A stretch of DNA of 64,000 nucleotides from the NCBI GenBank assembly GCA_024704765.1, contig JAKMXF010000222.1, forward strand, positions 930,001 through 994,000, read 5' to 3'. This document shows positions 53,671 through 64,000 of the stretch, one piece after another. The notes under the pieces were generated by a model. That model saw only the letters and a program-made list of their open reading frames with translations. It did no database searches and was not told the DNA's origin. Source of the stretch: Oopsacas minuta (lineage: Eukaryota > Animalia > Porifera). The translations under genes and the position numbers were made by a program. Position 1 is the stretch's first letter; every line of letters begins with the position of its first letter.

Positions 53671-54563
53671 TTATTATGTCAATTCATTATTTTTATAATA
53701 TAATTAATTAACTAATACAATTTGCCTAAATATGGCCCCATTGGGGCCCTCAATTTGGAACAAAAATATACCACGAGCCGAATAACACAGAGTTAATCGC
53801 GAAGTGACGAGCCAAAGACTCGTGAATATGAAATTTCCTTTCATTATAGACGAGTGTTATCTTAGCAGCCGATTCAAATCCCCACTAAAACACCTTTTTC
53901 TCAAAGACTATGGGTTCTATTTTGAAAAGAACCATATCAGTGTCAAGAAGAAAGTTGGTTCATTTCATATCATCACTCATAATCGCCAAATTTTGCATGA
54001 TGAGTAAGCAATTTTGCATTACATTTTGGTCGAGGTTTTTTATCAATATCTCCTGAAATAATTGTGATAATAACTTATCATTCTAATCATATTTACATCT
54101 CACTTGGTACATTGTGTATATCCAATTTGAAATTAAAATAATTATTTTTGAAAAAGTTATGAACTCCCGAACTTTACATAGGAATTGCATAGGCCAGTTT
54201 GTACTCTCAATAATGAAGTATGTATGACATTACAGAGTACGTAAATTTTGATAAGGATTTAGTATCATTTTCAATTCTATAGTTCCAATTCTATTGTGGT
54301 TTCTAGATAATAATCAGAAGATATTTGAAATATAATAAATAACACAACACCATTGTAATGACAGTTATCATACATTATACAAAACATTACTTTTTGAATA
54401 GAAAAGAGTAAACAAATCGAAAAGTATTACAAGATACTAATTAACCAGATATTATAGTTTGTCTGTCTATCTTTTCTGTATTGAACTGATTGATGAACTA
54501 ATGAGAAATACTGATTGAATTTCCCTTGTCTATTAGAACAGGCTAAACCTAAAACAGGTGGTA

Positions 54564-56306
54564 CTATTTATGCAAAATCTTTACAGCTATATAAGGAAGA
54601 GTAACAAATGTCTTGACCAGATAAGATTTGAAGAGACGATCAACACTTCGATTTGTACTTATTAATGCCAGAATGGTAAGAGAATCGAGAGTTAACTCCA
54701 GGACATGGGTCTCCAAATAAATGCTCCAAAAATAGATAATAACTTCTTTCTGATTCAAATTTGTACAAATTGTAAAACTAATGTTTGTAAGAGAGATTTG
54801 TAGATATAATTCCTAGATTGATTAAGATAATTGTAAGGACAAGAATATAGATTTTCATGTTCATTGTTTACTTTACTATGAATATATCTTCCAGAACTTT
54901 ACATTTTGGTGTTGTGTTAGTTTCCAAATCCTGTGTAATATAATCCAGCTTTTAAACGTATCTTGGTTAGAGAAAAGGTCATAAAATTGTTCCATATAAT
55001 CCAACTGTCGATACATATACGTATATACTTACATTTGTGATTTTTGTCAAAATCAATTTACATATTTAGATGAGATCTCACAAAATATTCAGGATTCATT
55101 TATACAAAATATTTATTGTTTCACTAATAATCTTGTTGGTAAATGTATAATTTTCGCTGCCATAAATTGAAACCAATGATTAGGTTGCTCTTAATAATAA
55201 ATTAGAGATAGTATGGGCTGGTAATGATTACCTAATTCAGAATATCACCATCATCTAGGGTTGGGACAAGTGACACATGATTAACGTTATATCTATCGAT
55301 GACAACACTAGTTTCTGAGTGACCAATATCAAGTGCAAGTTTAGATAATATATTTGGATGTGAATCAACTAACAACGGAATTTTTGAAGAGTTAACTGTG
55401 CCTAGTTTTTCTGATAGAGTAGAATGAAATGAAAATATTAGATCCATATTTTCTCGAATGGATAAAGCAAAGTTAAGAAATTCCTCGAGTTGTGCAACTG
55501 TGATAATGAGATAAGCATTTCCAAACAAATCCAAAATTCGACAGTTGATGTTGCCAACAAATATCCATGCTTCTAATAAGCAACTATCTCTCTTAACAAG
55601 CCTGAAGTTTCTTAGGTGCTCATATAAAAACTCATTAAATTTTTTGCACTCCTCATAGATTATCCCATTAATGAGCATGAATTCGCCACTAATACGGGAC
55701 ATTCTGACTCTAAAAATTTCAGTGCGTCTAACCATAGAAGATTATCACAATCAATGTGCGTCCAAAAGAGGGTATCGGTGACCTCAGTCTGAGGAGGAGA
55801 AGAAGACAGGGTACTCTTCAAACTATATAGTTCAGGTTGTTCGCAACCAGATCCCAATAAGCCTAAGAATTTGCTATTTGACACTTCTCGCTCCAAGCTA
55901 TCTACACTAAAATCTGTATCTAATTGACTACTACTAATATTACTAGGATCTAAACTATCAACATAAATACTATCTGAATCTAACCTGGTGCTAACGTGTT
56001 CTCCAGCCAACTGGAATATATCAGTACCGGAATCGCTATTCAACTTACGACTGTTACCTTCCATACTTTGTTTTATATAATCCTGAAAATGATTGCGATT
56101 TAATTTCCATTTTAAGTAGAGAGGAGCACGTGTGTTTGGCTTATTCTTATTGATAATGAGAATGGATAACTTTCCCCATACTGACTTCGCCCTCCGCCTG
56201 TCTCCGTTATCCAAGCTACCTTAAGTTTATCAAAATCATTGTAGCCTAGTTGGGTAATTGCAGCTACAAATTGTTCCAGAGATGTCACAGTTGGAAGTAA
56301 GAACAC
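54564..56306 (-). pseudogene. Unassigned, apparently multi-exon protein-coding relic
   Basis: Colinear open frames 56112-56306, 55660-56214, 55232-55735 and 54564-54811. Candidate GT-AG introns 55190-55231 and 55005-55032. No transposase motif recognised. Confidence 0.55.
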
Positions 56307-56357
56307 AATCTATGCCAAAAAGAACTACTAATTTTCTGACACATTTGCATATAACTA

Positions 56358-56539
56358 CAGTCAACTCCCCTTATATCAGAAACAAGGAACAGCAATAATC
56401 ACTTCTAAATACGCGGATTTCAATATAACCGATGACATTTATGTTTCTTTAACGATTTGTGACTATATTTGTATAATCTCAGACTTCGATGTAGCGAAGA
56501 TTTCTAATTATCCATGTTCGATATACCGGGAGCTGACTG
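56358..56539. mobile_element. About 180 bp Tigger-type MITE
   Basis: Ends cagtcaactccccttatatc / gatataccgggagctgactg, with TA on the left. Confidence 0.65.
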
Positions 56540-59533
56540 TGTAACATTACAAAATTAATTAAGAAAGATACTCACATGATTGAATTGAAATGAAATTTAG
56601 TAGGGCAGTCGTATGAAGAAAATTTGTGGAAGAAATGAAGTTGAAATAAAATGAAGTTGAACAATATCAAAAGTATTAAGGTTGTGAGAAACGAAATAAA
56701 TCAATTACAGTGTTACAAATGCTTGTTGATTGATAGTACATTCTTAATTTAATACTAAGTTCAAAAATCTAAACTGACATAACTGGTCCTAATAATTGAG
56801 AAGGAATACATTTGACCACAAGAATTTAGTCATCATAAGTAAATTTACACCAAGAATATTCAAGTAATCAATACATGGCTACAAAGCATACAAATCATCA
56901 AGCAAAAACTAGTCGTTTATGTAATTCCTATAGAAAGTTCGGGAGTTCATAACTTTTTCAAAAATAATTATTTTAATTTCAAATTGGATATACACAATGT
57001 ACCAAGTGAGATGTAAATATGATTAAAATGAGAAGTTATTATCACAATTATTTCAGGAGATATTAATAAAAAACCTCGACCAAAATGTAATGCAAAATTG
57101 CTTACTCATCATGCAAAATTTGGCGATTATGAGTGATGATATGAAATGTACCAACTTTCTTCTTGACACTGGTATGGTTCTTTTCAAAATAGAACCCATA
57201 GTCTTTGAGAAAAAGGTGTTTAGTGGGGATTTGAATCGGCTGCTGAATCGGCTGCTAAGATAACACTCGTTCATCATAGGCTCACATTATTTGGGATATA
57301 ATTTCCTTGGCAACGCAGGAATGTAACACAAGCTTGAAAGATAGCATATCGATTATCAGAATATATCAACAGGGTATGGAAAATAGGGTATTTACCACAA
57401 ATTTCTATACAGATTAAGTAATGAATTTAACAATAATCCAGTGTCTACTGGATCATCATAAATATGTGCCACCCATTATCACCTGTGTAACTCAAGAACG
57501 AGTCAACATTTCAACTCAAACTTTACTATTTTATCTAAAACTAACCGTAGATCTTTTATTATAGAACTTTGAGATGAATGACACAATATTTACCGTTTTT
57601 ACAATGCATAGAACAGTGGTTCACAAAGATTTCCTGGTGGCACCCCTTTTTGTTGTCAAATTAACTCACGGCCATAATTTTTCACTGTACAGGTAATTAA
57701 TACATAGGTGAAAAGAATAAACTTAGGCGTATATATTGAAATGAGAGAAATCAGCATATTCAAGCTTATAGCTAAAATGGGGTGAAGAATAAACCTGAAT
57801 CAGAACATAAATTTGAGTATTCATCTAGGTGTCTTTCAAAGATGAATTGTATCTCGCGATCTTAAAGAAAATGTTCCGCGACTCCCAGTTTGTGAAACAC
57901 TGACATAAAAGGAATGGCGTATTTACGAAATATATGTACATATAGGAGAAACATATTTGGGCACATTCATAATTATTTAATATATTAAGTTTGATAATTT
58001 GCTGTTTCATCAATATGCAATACAACAGGGTACTATATAACAGGCCTTTTGTTTCCTAAAATTTGGGCAAGGGATAAGTAACCGGAAAGGAACAAATTCC
58101 ACATGATTTCAATATTGCGGAAACGATGCATCTTGGCAAGAATTAATGGATTGCATATTTATAGAACAATAAATTATCACTATCTGCTAAAAACTTCAGG
58201 AATATCTGGAAAATATGACTAGTAAGAACTTTTATTTGTTAAACCATGTGATTGTTTGATACGTTACAGGAGAAAGTATTTGCAACTCTCATTCCTAAGG
58301 GCATACAGGAAATGAAACACAAACCCTTTCGTACAAAATATCAAAAAATTTTAATACATTGGTTGGAAGGTTCTTAAGTTACCGTAAAGAACATGGATGA
58401 CAAGAAGCGCGGCTAGCAATTTTGTCCACATGGCGGATGCCTGTTTCACTCAATATATAGGGTGGCACATTAAAGAAAGGGCCAAAACATGACTGTATAC
58501 CTTTATTGAAACATCAATTCAATTCATAATATACTTAATTACAAAATATGTTAGATAAACAACAAATAATCAATGAAGTTGTACATGAATTTATCATCTC
58601 TCGCTTGGAAAGCAACGAAAAAATGGATTGACAAGCTCAATTCTTATATTCATAACCACAAAAATATCAAATACAACTGCCAAAATTATGCTCATAAGTT
58701 AAGTTTTTGATAGTAATATATCCATAAATGAGAGGTCGAAATTTGAAAATATCAAATTAGTAATTCATAAACTAACAAAAAAGTCTTAATTGGTAAGAAA
58801 TATTTAAGAGCAAATAATATTTATGAATTTTTGTATAATCATGATGATGTAATAACTCCATGATGAGTTGACAATTGGTTAAAATAATGAGATAAGGATA
58901 TTTGGAATTTTAAGGGGCAACTGTGATACAAGTCTCAAACTTTTATCATGTATATTCGATAAGTAGTGGCTAATAATGTGATTTCGAATATAGTAAAAGG
59001 TGAGAATGAGTTCAAAATTCGTATTAGGTGTTAATTTTACCCCATTATTAGAAATTATGCGAGCCATGTCCAAAATACCCCATATACCAAAAATATACCC
59101 TAGGGAGTATTCCAGTTTCGTCAATAAATGCCGAACATACTAACCCATACATATATATATATATGGAAAATAAAAGCCATGATCCATCGACATTACATTA
59201 AATGGCCTTCTGCTGTAACAAGGGAGCTGTTGTAGCTTTTAGTTAGTATTTTGGGTAAATCTTTTGAACTTTAATGCAACCATGATGACGCAATAACTCC
59301 ATGATTAGATTGCATATGTCCAAAATCATTACGTCAGGCAATTTTGGATATTGAGTGATACCTGTGATTCAAATTTCCAACCTCTAACAAGTACATTGGT
59401 TGAGCAGGGAAAAAATGGGATTTTTTGAAAATCCCAAAAGCTGACAATTATGTCATATTTCGTCATAGGTGTGAAGTTTCGTCTAAGACTCGAACTTGTC
59501 CGAACTAGTCCCAAATATTCTGTATAAATTAAC

Positions 59534-59583
59534 TGCGTTTTAATAGCATATGTGTATATGTATATATATTCTATTAAAACGCA
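59534..59583. repeat. Perfect 13 bp inverted repeat around a TA-rich loop
   Basis: tgcgttttaatag / 24 nt / ctattaaaacgca. Confidence 0.8.
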
Positions 59584-59898
59584 ATCAATTTATGTGTATA
59601 TATGTGGTAAATATATTTATTTATAAATACCATAGCATTCTATATACTAAGGCAATGGTACTCCATTGAAATTTTGGACCATGGATTGTGATTACCATCG
59701 ACTTTCAAAGTACAATGTATTAGTTATAGGTGTGATTCTACTGTGCTCCTAGTTAAATATTAATCATCAGTATAAATGATTCACTGCACCGGCCTGATGT
59801 ATTTAATTTTAGAATATTAAAAGTCAACATAGTATATTTTAATAAGTCAAAGCATATATTTGACAGTACAATACGTATATGTAGTATACAACAAATAA

Positions 59899-61560
59899 GG
59901 GCGCATGCGTTAGCTCGAATTTAGTATGTTGTTGATAGTTCAACTCAGTTATAGTATGTTGTGGATAGCTCGACTCAGTTTTTAACTATGTTTTCGATAG
60001 TCTGACTCAGATTTTGACTGTGTTGTTGATAGCCCGACTCATTCAGTTGTATAGCTGTTGTCAATAGGAAATAATTGCTGAATAGATTTGTTTTGAAAAA
60101 TTACATTTCACGGCAATTATAAACAACTTGCTTCACTGGTATGAGAAGCTTTTTGGTCTCTTGATAATATTGTATTATTTACATCTTCAAAAATAGAATA
60201 CACGTCAGACAGTTATAGTCGTAGTAATAGAAAATTCCTACAACAACCGATGGTTTAAATGTTCTAAATATAAGGTGAAAGAAAATACAACATACCTCAG
60301 ATGTGTATTAGCAAAAAACGGGCGTAAAGGGACAGCCAAATTAAAGTTAAAAAATAATTTGATATATCCCAGGTCAATTCATAACCATAGAAATGATGAG
60401 TATAAATCAGTTTATGAATTGAAGACCATATGCAAGAAAAGGGCTCAAACTTCTCAAGACAAGTTAAGGAAGATTTTCGATGACGAAACAAAAACGAGTC
60501 TGTTTGCAAGTGAAATTACTTTCAGTGAGTGTGAGTCTTCTATGTACCGTTCTAGGAGAAGATTACAACCTAAGATCCCCCTTACAGCTATAGAATTCTC
60601 AATTATGATGCCCGAATCTACTCTTGCGACTAACCACAAATTACTGTCACGACAAATTACCATACTGCTAATGTCTTGTATTTTCAACACATGACCAATT
60701 TGCTATCAGAAATTTCCAAAATTCAGTCAGATGGGACATTTTATACAGTGCCAACCCAATTCTCCCAATTATGGAAGGTTTTTGTGGTAATTGATCGACA
60801 TGCACTCTCAGGCATACATTGTTTAATGACTTCAAAAGATCAAGAACTCTATACTGGAATAATAGCCAAGATCCATTCTCTCATTCCAGATCTCAAACCG
60901 AAAATCTCTATTTCTGACTGGGAACCAGCACCGCGAAATTGTTTTAAAGAAATGTATCCCACCATTAAAAATCAGGGATATTGGTTCCACTTCACCAACG
61001 CATCTGGGCCAAAACTCAGAAGCTCGGGCTAGTTCAGAGTTTCATGGTAATCCTGAAACTGCCAATTTCATAAGAAATCTCATGGCGATACCATTTCTCC
61101 CAGCAAGTTTAACTCGCCCAACCAAATCTAGAATCAGGAAAATTGGAGCAACTTCGTAAATACTTCAAGCAAAGGTGGATTGCTCAAATAAATCCAAAGG
61201 AGCTTTCTATCTATGAAGCTGAAATCTCTACCAATAATGCTGCGGAAAGCTATCACGCAAAGCTAAAATCCATAATTAAAACTCCTCATCCAAGAGTATG
61301 GAATTTCTGAAAACTCTCAACAATATGATAGAAGATATAGATAATGAAATGGTGAGATGGAGACTAGGTCATAGCATTTCTAGGTCGAGGAAATCAAAGC
61401 ATGTTCTAAATGATCAACAACACGAGGTTATTCAGGAAAAGTTTAGAATTGGCGAGTTGACTCCTTGGCAGTCCTAAATGTAATGAGCAACACATTGGTG
61501 GTACCTTTACTATCGTAAACGTCCAGTTGGATATAACAAACGAACAACAGCATAGTAGCT
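59899..61560 (+). mobile_element. AT-rich MULE relic (FLYWCH-like plus MULE domain)
   Basis: YLRC...HNH, SDGTFYTVP, LMTSK, ISDWE, GYWFHF, TNNAAESYH; boundaries approximate. Confidence 0.8.
59921..60040. repeat. Four degenerate 28-32 bp tandem units (probable MULE subterminal repeats)
   Basis: Unit consensus t(a)gtatgttgttgatagctcgactcag, with no unique spacers between units. Confidence 0.75.
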
Positions 61561-61889
61561 TCAGTCTTCTACAAACTTCTAACAGTAAATGATCTAAATG
61601 AACAAAGAAAAATTATTTGTATTTTTAAGCTTAGTATTATCCCTATTTAAAACCATAAAATTGTAATTGCGGACGCTATTCGACAAGATTATATTTGACC
61701 ATGTAACACACTTTTTGCAATATGTCCCGAATCCAAACGGCAAAGAAGCAACAATCATTCCAAACATCAGTATATTTCTCTGAAATGATTATCATAGAAA
61801 TGAGTACCAAAAAACTACGGGACTGTGCAGAATAGAAGTTCTTGCTGAGGTAATCACACTTATTTATCATCAGAAAGGCTTTATACAAG

Positions 61890-63880
61890 ATTGTGACAAG
61901 ACTCTACTACACGAGAAGAAGGATAGCTAAGAGAACCTCGATCTACTAAAGTAATCAAAGTATATTGAGAACCAATGTCATTATTAACTTCTAAGAGTCT
62001 ATCTGTTGTTAAAAGATCATGACAAGATTAACAAGTAGACTTTTTATGTAAGAGAAGATTGCATATACTGCTATATAGATGAGGCATTCAACCTGAGAAA
62101 CTTCAAATTCAATAAGTGAGATATCATTCAATAGTCATATAAGGTTCTATATCGAGTGCTCTTCGTCACTTGTAAATTCACATCGCCTGCGAATTGCCTA
62201 AGGTATTCTTTTATAGAAACGTTATCTCCCAAGCCATATTTTATATCAAAAACTTGTAAATAGTTGAAAAATTGGAGTCTTCTTTCGCTTTCCAAAACTT
62301 GGTTAAAAGATATTTGATAGTGAGACCATGCCATTTGTCTGTATAATCCAAAATGGTGTTCCAAAGCATCATTTTATATTCGCGCAGTAAGAAGATAGTG
62401 GTACTCACAATTTTCAGTTAGTTGTTTGACTAGTAGTGGTAATGTCTCACATGTATGTCTAAAGCTGGTAAAGGTTTGTGGTTTTAATTTTCCCGACAAA
62501 AAGGCAGATTAGCCCAACTATCCAAACAGGAGACCACGTTGTTCAAAAATTGAAACGGAAGATCGTCTGGGACTGTTGGGGCTGAAGATTCATCATTGAA
62601 ACGTAAAATTTTCCCAACCCAGTTCATATTGTATATTTTCCACACTCGGTTAATAAGATCAGTAGAAATGCTGGGTCTAGTGAAGGAGATGTAAAATTTT
62701 TCTTAGTATCAATGATATTTTGAAAACTTACTAGACTTTCGCCGAACTTCAAGAAAATGAAAGTGGTGTCAATATTTTGAGATTTAACCAATTATATCGG
62801 ATGTACTTAATGATATGGACACTAACAAAAGCAAAATTAAATTAATATGTGGGTTGAGGGGTGTTGTACTTTTGGCACCACTTTCAAACTAGTTGAAAAC
62901 TATTTGTATAAACGAACCTTCAGTGGATAGTTGTCACTACAAACAGCTTCTAGAAATAGACCGCTAGCTTCGATATCACAGATAGTAGACCTAGCAATAG
63001 GATATTATGATTCAGCTGAAGAAGAGCCCAAAGGAATCAACCGAACAATGGCAAAAACTTGGCCGATAGACTAGAAACCATCATGGAGAAAACTGTGGTA
63101 TATGGATCATTAGTATTGCCAATCGACCCAATTACCCACTCTCCCTTATATGATACATCACCACGGGCATGTACTTCATTCATTTGAAGAATAACATGGC
63201 GTTCTAAATCATTTGAATGTAGTGGCAACTTCCTTGAGAATTTTTGTATAATCACTCTCTAAGCCAATACTATGCTTACTTTCAACAAATTACGCTCATG
63301 AGAAAAAGTTAAGCAATTAGAGCCCCGAATGAGACGGTAACAAGCTGGGGAAATGCCTTGAATTTATAACAAAAGAACTGTGTGATGATGTTATAACGTC
63401 GAGCGTATTTATCAATGATTAGATATTTCAACTGATCGAGCAAAAATGTAAGACGCATTCGTATAGAAGCCTCAGCAATTTCGAAATATAATTTGGAATC
63501 AGTGTGCTCTAACGTATAATAGCTCGACCAAGACAATGAATAGAGTCCTCCACATGTTGTATCAGAGGTGAGGTAGAGGTATTTGTATTAGTACTTGGAG
63601 AAATTTCAAATAAATAAACTTCATGTATAATGTTTTCAAATAACCTGATATATTGATTGAGGAAGACGAGAGCTGAATTTTGTTCCTTTCCTTATAAAAA
63701 GAACTACAAAATAAACTTTCATCCACAACTATATATCGTTCGATAGTGGAATCTTCGTTACAAAATTGATTCTTAAGAAATAGTATGTTAGAAGAATCAG
63801 GGCGATGGAAAGGCAAACCGTTTGGGAGTTCGATAATGTGTAACTTAGATATAATACAGCTAAGACTCGAAATCATGAAC
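61890..63880 (-). pseudogene. Second P-superfamily transposase relic
   Basis: VILQMNEVH..GDVSYKG...TTVFSMMVSSL parallels the 34051-34458 ORF; EHHFGLYRQM..SHY.ISF.QVLESERRL. Confidence 0.78.
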
Positions 63881-64000
63881 TTAGCTTCGGTCTCTTGATA
63901 TTCTGCTCGACTTTCTTGTATATATCAGGGATTCACACAAGATTTTGATTTGGGGGGGGAAGAAAAAAATTGCGACTGGAAAACAGTAGTTTGCGAAAGA

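Larger units (their letters stand above)
53850..57270. mobile_element. 3.4 kb long-TIR element (MULE/Foldback-like) with non-transposase cargo
   Basis: Inverted repeats 53850-54190 and 56918-57270, highly similar; the right copy has a 12 bp tandem duplication gaatcggctgct. Flanked by tcattatag (53841-53849) / tcatcatag (57271-57279), 8/9 identical. Confidence 0.75.

Noticed and set aside
55652-55695. Possible third (44 nt) intron in the cargo gene
   Set aside because: It would join two frames, but the donor (GTATTA) and acceptor (GAG) are weak; a simple frameshift is equally likely.
59921-60040. About 30 bp repeats that could suggest a CRISPR array
   Set aside because: The units are contiguous and degenerate with no unique spacers, no cas genes are present, and they sit at the end of a eukaryotic MULE relic.

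Overview
AT-rich eukaryotic (most likely invertebrate animal) nuclear DNA made up almost entirely of transposable elements and their relics; the species cannot be identified from sequence alone. I found no rRNA, tRNA, CRISPR array, prokaryotic operon or clearly intact host gene. Element groups present: Tc1/mariner (DD34D, DD34E, DD37D, two DD37E types, Tigger/pogo), CMC/Chapaev, MULE, hAT, P/THAP, a KRBA2/Ginger2-like integrase and a CR1/L2-type LINE. Several nests can be resolved to the base from TIRs and target-site duplications (TSDs). Only one transposase ORF is intact (Tc1 DD34E, 14729-15700); a Chapaev transposase has a single nonsense codon. Main points of interest: (1) a GC-rich, apparently perfect 2 x 1324 bp foldback of a MULE transposase, resembling maize Mu killer; (2) a 3.4 kb element with about 340 bp TIRs and a 9 bp TSD carrying an intron-containing, non-transposase gene relic (Pack-MULE-like); (3) a near-intact Chapaev inside a complete P-superfamily element; (4) a degenerate 2A/StopGo motif in frame within an integrase relic. 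All alignments and counts were done by eye; family assignments rest on recognised motifs, not database searches.
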